Shown here piece after piece: positions 1 to 13,730 of a stretch of DNA of 63,659 bases. This stretch comes from Lama glama. Lineage: Eukaryota. The notes under the pieces were generated by a model. It was given only the letters and a program-made list of their open reading frames with translations, searched no databases and had not been told where the DNA came from. The first letter of the stretch is position 1, and the number at the start of each line of letters is the position of its first letter. The stretch spans positions 60,638,001 to 60,701,659 of the forward strand of contig CM052817.1 in NCBI GenBank assembly GCA_028534125.1, given 5' to 3'. The position numbers were made by a program, and so were the translations under genes.

Positions 1-2470
1 TGCTTTTTAGCTGCATTTCTTTGTATTTTTGCATGTCTGTGGTTACTCTAGAAATAGTAATGTGCATTCTTATCACATTTTATCTAGATTAATATCATAC
101 CATTTCACATTAAAAAAGTAATAACTTACAACAATATAATTTGTTACTTTATGTGTTATTGTGGTTATGTATTTATATTTTATGAACTTCAAAGGAAAAT
201 GTCATAGTGTTTTATTGAAATAATAAATTGACTTTTAAAAGTATGAAGGGAAAAAAGACAATTTCTGCTATTTAACCTCTTATCTACTATTTCTGGGGCT
301 TTTTATTCCTTTCTATGTGTCTGAGCTTCTACCTGGTATCATTTACTTCCTGAAGAACTTCTTTTAGAATGTCTTAAAGTGCAATCCTGTAAGTGGCAAT
401 ACTCTCAACTTTAGCTTACCTTAAAATTTCTTTCTTTACCCTTATTTTTTGAACAATATTATTAGCATATAGCAAACTCTGAGTTGACAGGTTTATTTTT
501 TTCTGAATACTTTTTGTCTTAGTGCTTTCAAATAGGGATATTGCTGATTTAGATTTATGTTTGACAAGAGCACTGAGAATCTCAGAACATAGTCACTTAT
601 AATCAAAATATATTTTTCTTCATACTTTTTTTATTGTCTAAGAAAAAAATTATAGGTGCAGTAGTATTATTCCTAATATCAAGGCTGATGATTTTAAAGC
701 AAGAGCAACCTTTTATTTTAAAAATCAAAATAAAGTTATTATTCAACAATTTTCCTAGCAGTAATAAATGTATTTTATAATTATTTCACAGTATAAGTGA
801 CACAAAGCATTATATTGGTTTCAGGTATAAAACATAATGATTTGGTACTTGTATATATTGCAAAATGATTACCACAGTAAGTCTAGTTAACATTCATCAC
901 CATATATAATTTTTTTAATGACTTTAAAGATGTCATTCTATGTCTTTTGCCAAATACTGTTTCTGATGAGAAGTTAGCCATCATTTGTACCTTTGTTCTT
1001 TTTTTTTTAGCACAGGAGTGGCCATTTTTACAATTCTGTTTCCATTTTTGATGGTTTTTATATTTAACTATGATTTTCTTTGTATTTATCTTTGTTAAGG
1101 GTTCACTGAGCTTCTGGGATATGTTTCACTAGATTTAATAAATCTTGACAATTATTTCACAAATATTTTTTACTTTCTTCCTTCTCTTTCTCCTCTTTAT
1201 TTGAGACTCAGAGAACATTCAAGTTAGACCTTATTAATATTGTCTCTAGGTCATTGAGGCCTTATTTATTTTACTATAATGTTTTACCCTCTTACCTTTA
1301 GATTGGATCATTTATCTCATCTGCTTTTAGGTTTACTGATTCTTTCTTCATCATTTCAAATTTTCTGTTAAGTCCATTTAGTAACTTTTTTATTCTAGAT
1401 AGCTTATTTTTCAGTTCTAGAATTTTAACTTTTTAAAAATAATTTTCATTTTTCTGCTGAGATTCCCCATCTTCTTAGTCATTTTAACCATCTTTCCTGT
1501 TATGTCCTTGATCATATTTATCATAGCTGCCTTAAAGTCCTTGTCTGCTACAATTTCAACACCTCTGTCATCTCAGGGTAAGTTTATATTGACTGGTTTT
1601 TCTGTTAACCATAGTTCACATTTTCCTCCTTCTTCATATTCCTGGTTCTTCACATTTGCTTGGAACTGAACACTGTGGTTGGTATATTGTTGAGACTTGA
1701 GAGTATGTCGCTTAGGTTGTATACTCTAAAGACGACTGATTTTTGTTCCAGCAGTTTGTTAAATTACTATCAGTTACCCTTGAATCTGTGGAGGTTTGGT
1801 TTTACAGACTGTTAAGGCAGGCCTTTTTGATTTTACTTTAATTCCTAGGACAAATCCCTTAGTGCTGGCAGTCTCTTTATTCCTAAACACAGCCTTATGG
1901 AGTTTTGTGGAAAGCCTATGGTTATTACCAAGCCTTTCTGATAGAAGGACTCAACATAGAATTTCTATCTCCCTCACCATAGGTAGCAAGAGTCTTTTGT
2001 TCAGATCTTCTATCCTTTTGGATGTTGCTTTCTGCTGTTTTTTTTTTTTTGTAGGGTCATTCTCACTCACCTGCTGGCTACGAGTCAGCCAAGGATTTGA
2101 GGAAAGTTTATGTATACATCTGGGGGCTTGTTTCTCTGTGGCTTCCTACTTTCTGTGATTCGCCTTTTGATTTCTGGATACCCTGGCTGCCTCAAACACC
2201 AGTCTCTGACACATTAAGCTAATAAGACTCTGACTTTCTGCTTAAGCTCCAGCTACCCCTTGTTGCCTAAACTGAGGTGGGTCCTCAGTGAATAAGCCAT
2301 ATAAAAGTGGCTCTCACCCAGAACAGTTACCATCTTTCAGGGCTTGAACACTTTCCGGTTTATGCCTGCTTTTGGTTGATACGCAGTCTCTTTAATTTGT
2401 GTTTTTTAAAAATTAGATCCAGAATTTACAATCATTATTCTTTGTTGGGTTAATCCAACAAAAGATTATT
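1..2470 (-). mobile_element. Ancient L1 (L1M-type) ORF1/5' region, heavily decayed, interrupted at about 535-920
   Basis: T-rich antisense L1 text such as actttaaagatgtcattc...tttctgatgagaagttagc and ttcagttctagaatttta, resembling reverse-complemented L1 ORF1. Boundaries approximate. Confidence 0.7.
772..918 (-). mobile_element. Short L1 3'-end fragment (L1MA9-like/laurasiatherian)
   Basis: cattatattggtttcaggtataaaacataatgatttgg...atgattaccacagtaagtctagttaacattcatcacc is a typical antisense L1 3' terminus. Confidence 0.75.
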
Positions 2471-2974
2471 TTATCATTGCCTGGACTGGAATTATTTCTG
2501 GAATGCTTAAAAGTATTCAAAAAACTAAAAGATCTATGTTGTTTCCAAGAGATGTAGAAAAGAAAAAAATAAAAGGTTTTGAAAGCAGTGATAGGAAAAA
2601 CAATAAAGCTGTTTTTATATCCTTTAAAACTTTACTGACATCAGTTTATTTACTAACCCCATTACATATGGAATTTTGTGTGAAAAACGTTAATATCATT
2701 ATTTTAATAGGAAAGCAGGAATGATCCATCCTCATCCCTTTTATTAAAATCACGACTATGTATCTTATATTTCTTTATTATAAACCCACAGCTGTTTTGG
2801 CTTTGTATTTCTGAGGGGTCTTGCCTGAACTGAACCCAAGTGAGCCTTCATATTAAAATAAAGTTCAAGAAAGAGAAGAAACATCGTATGTTTATTTTAT
2901 ACAGATAGTAGGTAAAATCCTTAAGAGTTATCATACTAACAAACTTCACTTGCTAAATGCAAGTTAAAAGTGAA

Positions 2975-3200
2975 AAGCATTGGAATTAGTCTAATGTTGG
3001 TGCTGGTTTTAGTGTGGTTGTGCGCTTGCTCTAGTTAGTTAAATTTTTTGAGACTTTCTTTCTCACCTGTAAAATGAGGAGTACACGCATGTTAGTGGAA
3101 AGGTGACTTCCAACTATAATTTTTAAGACATTTTAAGAATTTATTATGTAAAAACCACACATGAGCAATAGTATGTTGTTCTTCATAAACATGCTATTTA
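2975..3200 (+). mobile_element. MIR SINE, decayed
   Basis: MIR core-like tttctcacctgtaaaatgagga at about 3058-3080. Confidence 0.55.
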
Positions 3201-5549
3201 TTGCAACTAGATTTTTATTTTGTTCAAGATATTTAGCCATTCTGACTGGGCTTTAAGAAATATTTATTAAGCAAGTAAAGGAGAAGAAGGCTACCTAAGA
3301 GTTTGTTGGAGCAGGCAGAGAGCTAAGAAGAAAACTGAGAAGATGTGGCATCAGGAAAGTCGAAGGAAAATAACATTTTAAGAAGGAAAGGGCAGTCGGC
3401 ATTACAGAATGACTGCAAAGATGCTGAGGGTACCTAATACTCTCCTTAACTGTATTCTGATTATTTATTACCCTTAGAAACGTCTGCTCTAATTTTCAGC
3501 AACTTAAAATGTCAATGAAAGTATATAAATAGTAATCCAGTAAAATATCAGAAAGCAATTTAGGTTGCCTAACAAGATTCATCTTATTAAAAGTTTTATC
3601 AGGCTTGTTTATTCCTGTAAAGCAAAATAGCACTATTGAAATGGCGTAATACTGTTATGACAGAGCTCCAGAAAGGTAAGCTTATTACTGTTATCTATTT
3701 TTCACTAGTGTAGACATTTTTCATGAATCTAAGAATATTTTAAATAACAGTAAATATTGCCATCGAATAGCCCTGTGCGTGACAATAAGGCTTCTAAAAT
3801 TAACAAGATGTCTGCCTTCCTAGGAGGAAATCAAAATTAAAAGTGTTTTTGTCATGGTGATTCTGGAAAACACATTAAAAACAAGTCAAGGAGGGAACGT
3901 GGGAAATTTCTGATTTCTTATGATTGTTCAGCTGTGATTTTTGAGGTTGGCACTGAGGCTTCAGAGTTGGTTTGATCTCATGTTAAAGGGGCTTCCCACT
4001 AAAACTACATGTTAGGGTTCAGTATATACATGATTCTTAGACCAAGAAATACAGACAGAAAGGGCAAGTAATCGCCTACATGTATATATTGAGTCTATTT
4101 AAAAACTAACAGTGTAGCAAAGTCTCCTCCATTCCCACTACTTTTATAACTTTCTGCAATTAATATGCTCTTAAAATTTATGAGCACACAGATCTGGCCA
4201 AAAGATGTTTCAGTGTGAAATAGACAAATGAGAGAGATGTTCTGCTCGGTGCAGGAGAAATTGCTACGGGTGAGTTAATGTGGCTGATAAATTATTTTCC
4301 CCTGGTTCAAAAGGGAAAAGCAGAAGTGAAGGGACCACAGAGAACTTTATACCATAGAAAGTAACAAGTATATCAAGTTTAGATAGAAGTACAAAAAATT
4401 AAGAAAACAGTGAAAGAGGAATATGAATTAGCTGTGTGTTCTATTATTTTGTTCCTTCTTTAGGTACCGTTCTTCAAAGTCAGGAGCCTTTGAAGTGGGA
4501 TAGTCATACCTCAGAGGTACTAGAGGACTTTCTAAGGGGCAAACTGATACAGGTAGCTTGACAGAAGTAAATTTCCTTATTCTCAGTTCCTATAAGTAAT
4601 CCTTCCTAAAATGACCCGCCTGAAAACATGACCGTGGTATTTCTTATTTACCTCATTCCTTATACAGTCATCCTTCCCTTACTTCATAAAATGAAGAGCA
4701 CCTCTTTCATACAGGCAAAATCATTATGACATGTAGCTCTGGGTGTAAATATTCTCTGAAGCACCAAACTAAGGGACAGTGGAAATACTGGTGTTACTAC
4801 AATTCTTTTATAAGTCAGATGGTTTCATGTAGAAAAAATAAAAAGCAAAAGTAAAAGAAAGAAAAAGAACTTAAGCTGTCAAATGCTAGGCCGTTACAGA
4901 GTTTTTCTGATGCTAGATCACAGTAATTTTCTACGTATAGAATAGAACTGAGTGACATTGCTAAATAAACAAACAAAACTTCCCCTCTTTTTATCTGTTC
5001 ATTCATATGAACAAGGTTTCTATGAAAATGAAAAAAATGTAGAAATCTAACCCTGGTGCTAACTCCTATTTCATTTTAATTATAAACTCATAGAATATGT
5101 GAATTAATTAAAAAATAAGAGTTCCACTCATATCATAAAAAGCTTCATTTCTAATAAAGTTTTACTTTTATGGCTAATGAAGTACCACATTATGTATTAA
5201 TATAATGATGTCAATCCAAAAGAAATGTTTTATACCATCAAATTTATGGTCACAGGTTATTCAATAGAGATTTTAATTTTAATAGAGATATTTTTGACAC
5301 AAAATATAATTTGATAAACAGGAAAAGACTTTAAGCATGCATTTGTATTATATTTGGATAAAAATTTTGTAAGGGTGAAGTGGAATGTAAATATAGCTCA
5401 AAGACAAAACAAAAAGGATTTAAATGTTCCACCTATTAGAGAAAAGTGGGAGTTCAAGTCACTATAATATTTAGATTCCAGTGGGTACATTTTAAAGGAT
5501 GACTTGACAGTTTTATTTTAAATTGTCAGTGCTTACAACACAACACACA

Positions 5550-6030
5550 TAAGTCAGTGTCCAGTCAGGAAAACAGAAACCACTCCTGAAATTTCAAAGA
5601 AGAGAGATTTAGTACAGGGATTGATGACGAAGGTATTGGAGGGAATGAAAGAGCAAAGGAGGAGGTGTGAAATGCAGATACCAGGAGCTGCTAGTGCTCC
5701 AGCTGACTATGTTTCTGCCAAGGAGCTGCCCCTCCACCAGGGCTGGATTTGCCAAAAGGATGCTGCCTCTGCCCAGCTGCTGGAGTTGGGAATCACCTCC
5801 TGACACTGCTGCTGCAGCCCCTGAAATAACCAAGCAGAAGGTTCTTCTCTTTCTTCTGCATTCAGAGATCCTCAGCAGCTTCCCTCTGGTGGAAATTAAG
5901 AGGGGCCAGGTAGCCAAGGAGCCTGGGAAGTATGGCTTGCGGAGTCACGTCACTGTGAGGCTGACAGTACAAAGCAGAGTTAAACTGGTAATTAGGGGGT
6001 TGAGAAACAATAGGCAATGACCAGTACTGC
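5550..6030. mobile_element. MaLR/ERVL-type solo LTR (MLT1-like)
   Basis: Starts agtcagtgtccagtcaggaaaacagaaaccact...gatttagtacaggga, like MLT1-type LTR ends. It is locally GC-richer, which explains the overlapping spurious ORFs at 5609-6068. Confidence 0.65.
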
Positions 6031-6709
6031 CTGGGAATTGCATCCTTTCTGATTATATAAATGAACATAAATTTAACATGTCAGTTACAAGTATGAAGAG
6101 ATAACATAGTTTAAAAATTCCTTTGGGGGTTATATGAAGGAAAAGGTTTGCTATATAATATCAAGTGCTACATTATATGGCCAGAGCTTCACCCCCAGGA
6201 GAACAGATGTAACAGTGGAGTAAAGCCAGAACCCAGGAAATGGAACAGAGGGAAGAACAAGCAGACTACATTATAGCTCTGTAGTTTCACAAGGGTAAAG
6301 ATCCTTTTCAAAGGTAGCTATATCATAATATGATATTGATGATTAGATACTATTTAGTGATTATAATGCCAATAACATCATTGCCTGAGGAACAAAGAAT
6401 CTCCAGGACTAAACAGAAGAAATTTGCCTGCCTTAAGCTACACAGGTTTCCTCATTTTTAACAATTGACACAGTTCAGCAGTTCGTTGGTGCTGAAAGGT
6501 AAATATATTTTCATTATAGATATTTTAATTCATCAACACATTCACCATAGAAAATATATATTTACCTCAGGGTTTTATAAATATTTTAAAACAAGTATCA
6601 GTTAACAAACATTAATGCTATGTTCAAGGCACTGTGGAGCAACGCCACTTTGAGTGAGGTGAGGGTTCCTCTAGCAAACACGGTTCATCGATGGTTTCTA
6701 GGTGGTAGA

Positions 6710-7591
6710 TATGCACTACGTTAGGCACTGGAGACACAAAGATAAACAAGACGTGGTTCTTGCCCTTGAGGAGCTCTTAGCTTAATAGGAAACACAGACC
6801 TTGAACAAGTAATTACAGTACAATGTAGTAAGTGTGTTGTTAAAGGCACGCACGGAACACCGTGGGGATAGCGAAGGGTAAACTCCCTAAAGAAGGAGAT
6901 GTGTTTATGGATGACAGGACATCAGTAGTAATTACCTACTAGGTAAAGTGGTACTGACCGAAAGCAAGGAGTGTCTTCTGATAAACAGAAGAGCATAAGC
7001 AAAAGGAGAAACATGGAAAATAGTATGGAAAGCAGGCCAAGATTGTGGGAGGCCCTTGTTGCTCTCCAAAGCAAGAAGTGATGAGAATCTGTCCTCAGAC
7101 ACTAACAATGTAGGTGGGGTGAAAAATATGGAAGTAGAGGCAAAAAGAAGGTGGGATCAACAGAATTTATTCACTTAGGTAAAGGGAAGGAAGGAGTCAA
7201 AGATAATTCCTAGGTTCATAGTATGAATAAATAAGACAATGGTGTGTAATTCATTGGGAAAGAGACTGATTTTAAAAAGATTTGGAGAGGAAAGCTATGA
7301 AGTCAGTTTAGAATAGGGTGAGAAGTGAGCTGGATGTGTCTGTGGGATTATCACAGTCAGAAGGACTATCAGATATCCACTAGGCTGGCTGTCTAGAAGC
7401 TGTTGATGACCTAAGCCCAATGTGTTTTGGTAGCACGATGGGAGAAGGTTGACTGCAAAAGATTATGGAAAAACTTGGAGGTAAAAAGGTGAAACCAACA
7501 CTCAAGGAGTATATTACTCTTTCAGAAAGTTTAGATGGGAAAGAGTGGGACAAAAGTTGGAAGGGTCATTGGTTTTGGTGGAGTTTTTGTT
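6710..7591 (-). mobile_element. L2 LINE 3' part; continues at about 9275-9520 after an L1 insertion
   Basis: taggcactggagacacaaagataaacaagacgtggttcttgcccttgaggagctc is an antisense L2 3' end; aaggagtcaaagataattcctaggtt follows. Confidence 0.7.
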
Positions 7592-7604
7592 GTCTTGTTT
7601 GTTT

Positions 7605-9259
7605 GTTTGTTTTTTACATTTTTTATTGAGTTATAGTCATTTTACAATGTTGTGTCAAATTCCAGTGTAGAGCACAATTTTTCAGTTATACATCAACATA
7701 CATACATTCATTGTCACATTTTGTTTTTCGCTGTGAGCTACCACAAGATCTTGTATATATTTCCCTATGTTATACAGTATAATCTTGTTTATCTGTTCTG
7801 CATATGCCTGTCAGTATCTACAAATTTTGAAATCCCAGTCTGTCCCTTCCCACCCCCCACCCCTTAAAAAAAAAAGTTTAGTATCACACTGAACATTTTT
7901 CTATAAAAAGCACTGTTTAGAAATTATAAATAATATTTATAAGTTTGTCAATCTACAGAATGCTAAACTAAAAGTTCATAATGGCTTACTTCTCNNNNNN
8001 NNNNNNNNNNNNNNNNNNNNNNNNNNNNNNNNNNNNNNNNNNNNNNNNNNNNNNNNNNNNNNNNNNNNNNNNNNNNNNNNNNNNNNNNNNNNNNNNNNNN
8101 NNNNNNNNNNNNNNNNNNNNNNNNNNNNNNNNNNNNNNNNNNNNNNNNNNNNNNNNNNNNNNNNNNNNNNNNNNNNNNNNNNNNNNNNNNNNNNNNNNNN
8201 NNNNNNNNNNNNNNNNNNNNNNNNNNNNNNNNNNNNNNNNNNNNNNNNNNNNNNNNNNNNNNNNNNNNNNNNNNNNNNNNNNNNNNNNNNNNNNNNNNNN
8301 NNNNNNNNNNNNNNNNNNNNNNNNNNNNNNNNNNNNNNNNNNNNNNNNNNNNNNNNNNNNNNNNNNNNNNNNNNNNNNNNNNNNNNNNNNNNNNNNNNNN
8401 NNNNNNNNNNNNNNNNNNNNNNNNNNNNNNNNNNNNNNNNNNNNNNNNNNNNNNNNNNNNNNNNNNNNNNNNNNNNNNNNNNNNNNNNNNNNNNGTTTTT
8501 TATGGCTGAATAGTATTCCATTGTATAAATACACCACATCTTCTTTATCCAGTTATCTGTTGATGGAAATTTAGGCTGTTTCCATGTTTTGGCTATTGTA
8601 AATAGTGCTGCTATGAACCTTGGGGTGCAGGTGTCTTTTTGAAGTAGGGTTCCTTCTGGATATATGCTCAGGAGGGGATTACTGGGTCATGTGGTAAGTC
8701 TATTCCTAGTCTTTTGAGGATTCTCCATACTGTTTTCCACAGTGGCTGCACCAAACTGCATTCCCACCAGCAGTGTAGGAGGGTTCCCTTTTCTCTACAG
8801 CCTCTCCAGCATTTGCCATTTGTGGACTTTTGAATGATGGCCATTCTGACTGGTGTGAGGTGATACTTCATTGTAGTTTTGATTTACATTTCTCTAATAA
8901 TTAGTGATATTCAGCATTTTTTCATGTGCCTATTGACCTATCACATGTCTTCCTTGGAGAATTGTTTGTTTAGGTCTTCTGCCCATTTTTGGATTTGTTT
9001 GTTTGTTTTTTTCTTATTATGTCATATGAGATACTTATATATTCTGGAGATCAAGCCTTTGTTGGTTTCATCATTTGCAAAAATTTTCTCCCATTCTGTA
9101 GGTTGTCTTTTTGTTTTACTTATGGTTTCCTTTGCTGTGCAAAAGCTTCTAAGTTTAATTAGGTCCCATTTGTTTATTCTTTCTTTTATTTCTATTGCTT
9201 GGGTAGACTGCCCTAGGAGAACATTTTTGAGATGTATGTGAGATAATGTTTTGCCTATA
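7605..9259 (-). mobile_element. Young lineage-specific (camelid-like) L1, 5'-truncated, containing the assembly gap
   Basis: Antisense 3' end tttttattgagttatagtcattttacaatgttgtgtcaaattccagtgtagagcac. ORF2 C-terminal peptides [38 protein letters not shown] (8668-8871) and MWCIYTMEYYSAIK. Flanking direct repeat g(t/c)cttgtttgttt. Confidence 0.9.
7995..8494. other. Assembly gap, 500 N
   Basis: Run of exactly 500 N; the round size suggests a placeholder. Confidence 0.99.
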
Positions 9260-9532
9260 GCCTTGTTTGTTTTTAGATTAAGAGAAACCTGAGTATAATT
9301 ATAGGCTGAGGAAGAAAAATAAAGAAAGAGAATTTAATATAAGAAAGAGAAGTTAGTATGTGAGGGATGAAGATCCCAGAGCAGACAGAATAAAACTTAG
9401 ATTGAGAACTGATTTTGATAGGACAGAGATATGTCTTTGATACTGAAGAAATGCTGTGAGAATATGTCTGGTGATACGTTAATCTGTAGGCAAGAGGTGG
9501 GGAAGTTGAGAAAGATCGTATCTTCCCCACAG

Positions 9533-9755
9533 GAAGTGTGAACCTTGGTACAAACTATAGATTTTAGTTAATAATAATGTTTCAATATTGGCTCATCAGT
9601 TGTTATAAATGTACCACACCAATGCAAGATGATAATAATGAGGAAGACTGTGCTGGGGGTGGAGCCAGACAGACCAAGGAAAGATATATGGCAACTATTT
9701 GTACCTTATGCTCGATTTTTCTGCAAATCTAAAACTGCTTCAAAAAATATTTTTT
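9533..9755 (+). mobile_element. L1MC-type 3'-end fragment
   Basis: aaactatagattttagttaataataatg...aaatgtaccacaccaatgcaagatg...tttttctgcaaatctaaaactgct. Confidence 0.75.
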
Positions 9756-10929
9756 ATAAATGTCCCGAAATGATGATTATAAGGGGCATCTATGCTGATA
9801 CTGAAATCTATTAGGAGGTTGGTTGATTTGAGGGTAAAAAGGAATGTTTAGCCGGGTCTCCAAGTGCACAAGAAGAAAATATTGTGAAGTCTGCCTGGTG
9901 GAGGTGACAGGACAGATCCTCCTCAGAAAGCACACATGTAACTGGCAAAACAAAACAAAAGGAAAGTAGCTAGAGTCTCCCCAATAAAGAACAGAAATCA
10001 GATTCCTGAGTCTCTGAGAAAACGCAAAATTTCATGGCCTCTAGTAAATGATGAAAGTAATGGAAGTGAATTCTCTCTGGGAACTCAAAATAAGGATATA
10101 TTTCCACTCAAGTCATCCTCAAGCTCTCAGTCCTTTTCGGTGCTTCCTATGTTCATCCTTACCCTCGCTCTCTCCTATCCTGCGCAGGGTAATGCGCTGT
10201 TGCTGTAGCGGGTCATGGCACTTGGCTGCCTGAGTTCACTTCAGTACTCTACTAGCTAACACTGTCGACAGAGCCTTCACTGATTCTCCAGTGTCCTTTA
10301 ATTTCTTAGCTCTTGATTTCTTAGTTTAATCTCCACAATGGCCGCTTCAAATATTTTCCATACTTTTCAAGTCTCTATTCCTATTCCCGCTCTCCATCAT
10401 TGACACCTTTCTCATTTTTAGTTGGTAAAACTTGTGGTTTACTGCAAAGACTATGAGAATCTAAGGTGAATCCCTTGGTTTTTTGACTCTTCAACCTCAA
10501 AATCCTTCCACTTATTCTCTCATCCTTAGTGGCAACACAAAGGCTTTGGATTGAAACAGACATTGGCTGTGGATACTGGGAACACAGTTACCAGGCATGT
10601 GAGCCTCAGAGAGTTTAACTTCTTGGAGTTGCAGCCTCCACCTCTGTGGAATTAAGTTATTGTGGAGATTAATCGAGAAAATGAATTCAGGCGTGTGTTG
10701 CAGGGAAGGCAGGTGGGCTTCATCTTATCTGCTGACTGATAGATTGGTAAAATCCTCCTCAGGTTCCACGTTAAAAAAGATATAGTAAGTTTAACACATA
10801 TTTTAAAGGTAGACTGGCAGGATTTGCTGGTAGATTAGATGGGGAAGCACAAAGAGAAAGAGCAAAGCCAATGATATCTTCTCACCCAAAGGCTTTCTAT
10901 TTTCTCTTTTCAGCCACAGCAGCAGAAAA

Positions 10930-11560
10930 AGACTTTGTTCCCATTTTTCCTTAGCTCTACTCACTACCTTACTTCTAGCCCTGGTCATCTCTCCCTTGGA
11001 TTGCAACTAAAGAGTTTCCATTTTTCTCTCTTTCCACTCTTAACTGCCTTCAGTCTATTTTTAACACAGCAGCCAGAGCTGCTAGTCACTCCTCTGCTAA
11101 AAACCACTGGTTAGCTTTTCCGTCCTACTCAGAGTAAAAACCATCCTTAAAACGATCGGCATCCTTTGGCCTCCTAACTCCCCCTGTGACCTCGTCTGTC
11201 TCTCCTGCACTCACCATGCTCCGAGCCCGCAGACCTCCTTGCTCTCCCTCAGGCTTGCTGAAATTGGCTTTTTTACTTCCAGTCTCATCTTCTTAGATTG
11301 CTGTCCCCCAGGTATCACTCCCTCCACCTCATTTTTCCCCAGTGTCTGCTGATAAGTTATCAGAGAGGTCTATTCACAACTCCTCCCCTTAGCACTGCCT
11401 TGTCCTGTTCTGTTGTTCTTTGTAACACGTGTCACCATCTTACTATGTACCTTCTTGTTTATCTGTCTTCTGCTAAAATCTAAGCTTAATTGAGGCAAAA
11501 ATTTTATCCATTTGGTTTACCGCTGAAACTTTAAGTATCAAGAAAATACATGTACATAAA
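10930..11560 (+). mobile_element. L2 LINE 3' part
   Basis: ctcccttggattgcaac...acacagcagccagag...gtcactcctctgctaaaaacc...taagcttaattgaggcaaaaattttatccatttggtttaccgctg. Confidence 0.7.
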
Positions 11561-11919
11561 AGAATGACTAGCAGTCAAGTGATCTTTTAAGATATACATT
11601 AGATAATAACAGTTCTCTATTTAAAATCCTCCAAATGACATCTCATTGTTTAATAAAATCAGCCAATCTATGAAGGCCTGCTAAGTTTGGCCCCATCTGA
11701 AAGAAGTTCTATCCTTATTATAAGGCTAAACTTTGGGGCTTTGCTCCCATCTTTTTAAGCTTCTAATTCATTGATTATATAGCTTGTTATATTTGGTCAC
11801 CACCACTCACTACAGTTGAATTGAGAGTGGATCATTTACTGGCATAGGGAAAACTAAGGAAGGAAATATTTGGGTGGAAAGTGAGGAGTGTGGAATCAAA
11901 ACTAACATTGTAGAAATGA

Positions 11920-12165
11920 GTAATAACAGTAGCTAACATTTTAAAATAGCCAGGTGCTGTTCTAAAGCTTTATTGGTACTGACTCCTGAATCATAACAAT
12001 TCTGTGAAATAGATATAACTATTATCCCCATTCCATAGATAAGAAAACCCAGGAACAGAGACTCTGAGCAGCTTGTTCAAGGTCACATGGTTAATAAGTG
12101 GGAGAACTAAGATATGAGCTTAAGTTGTTTGACTTCAGAGCCCATCCCCTTAACAACTGTGGATA
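11920..12165 (-). mobile_element. MIR SINE
   Basis: attatccccattccatagataagaaaacccagg...cttgttcaaggtcacatggttaataagtgg. Confidence 0.8.
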
Positions 12166-12427
12166 CAACCCCTGGGAGTTATCCAAACAGAAAATGAAAT
12201 TAGTACTTGATATGAGTCTAGAGTGCCCATACGGGCTCTAGGATGGACAGATATATCTGAGGCCAGTCAGCATAGAGTAAAATTTGAAGTACCCAAACCT
12301 TTCTTTACCCTTCTTTCTCTTATGTCTTCAGCCTCTTTCACGCCTTTGCTCCTCCCCCACCACTTGTAAACAGGCTCAGGAATCCTCTATCGTTTTCAAA
12401 CCTTCCTATATTTTCTAAGCCAGACTA

Positions 12428-12915
12428 ATTAGGTGCCTCTGGTTGCAAATGACAGTCTAATTGAAGTGAAAAGATAATTGACTGGCTCACAACAATCCAG
12501 CGATGAGATCGAGGCTCATTTCCTCAGGCCTTGACATCACTGTCTCCATCTCTCAGCTCTGTTTCCCTTTGTAGTTCCCCAGTTCTCAGACAGGCTCTCC
12601 TTTTTAGGTAGCAAAATAACTTTCAGCAGGTCCAGACTTAGATTCCATCCTTTTATCCATCCCATTGTAAACATAGATTCTCTTTTACCATTAGTTCAAC
12701 AGAGCGCCTCAGTTTTATACAGTTTAGTATGGGAGTGATGGGGGGGAGGCGGTGCTCTCAGTGCCAGCCTGCACCCTGTGCCCACCTCGGGAACTGAGGG
12801 AAGGAACAGCTCAATGTAAAATACTGGAGATAAGCGTGGGGAAATGCTGATTCCGCGAGAGAACTGGCAGGCTGCTATCAGAAGGGGGAAAGAGTAGATA
12901 CTGGACATACAAAAC
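12428..12915. mobile_element. MLT1-type (MaLR) solo LTR
   Basis: ttaggtgcctctggttgcaaatgacag...tctccatctctcagctctgtttccc...gctatcagaagggggaaagagtagatactgg. Confidence 0.65.
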
Positions 12916-13489
12916 AAAGATACCTTTCAGAGGCTTAAAATTAATGGAATAAATTATATGGAAACTGTCAACAGTTACATGTGTACAAAAAGTTAAATCA
13001 TGAATAAATCAAAAATGATAATAATCAAATTAAATTATAAAGAATTAAATTACAAACATAGAAAATATTTGCAAAACTATGGAGCACTGTTAGCCTCACT
13101 GCTTCTCTGCCACACGAAGAGGGATAAAATACATAAGAAAATACTAAGATCACAGTAGGTAAAGCTGTAAAAGATACGACCTAGAGTTTCAAAAGAGGAG
13201 ACTGTTAGACAATATAAATCTAAAAGGAAATCTAGTGTAATGGAGTAGGGCAATTAATAAAGTAAAAAAATAAGATAAGTATATGCAATATGAATGGTTA
13301 GTGCTTTTATAAGGAAAGCACTACAACTCTGTGTTATATAACTTGGAACTATTTTATATGCTGTGCTTAATGATAAAAATAGATTGCCCTTGGAATTAGA
13401 GGCACATATTTCAGTCAGCAACATACTTGACAGCACTGACAAGACAAGTACCATTAGGAATGAAAAAACATAGTTCAAAGTGGACCAAA

Positions 13490-13730
13490 GAATAATTGTT
13501 AGCACTTATATAGAGTTTACTATTGCTGAAGCAATTCTATATACTTTCTATTTATTAGCACTCAGAAACACAACCACCCTATGAGGTAGGTACCACTCTT
13601 ATCCCGACAGTGTGGTGATGAAGCAGGGCTATAGAGGTAATGTAACTTGCCTGTAGTCACTTAGCCAAGCTGTGGAGAACTCAAACTCAGGCAGTTTGGA
13701 TCCAGAGTCCAAGTGCTTATCCCCTTACTT
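13490..13730 (-). mobile_element. MIR SINE
   Basis: caaccaccctatgaggtaggtacc...gtaacttgcctgtagtcac...ctcaaactcaggcagtttggatccagagtcc. Confidence 0.8.

Noticed and set aside
5609..6068. Cluster of overlapping ORFs on both strands
   Set aside because: Falls within a GC-richer LTR relic; no recognisable protein.
7976..8574. 183-197 aa ORFs
   Set aside because: Artefacts of translating through the 500-N gap.
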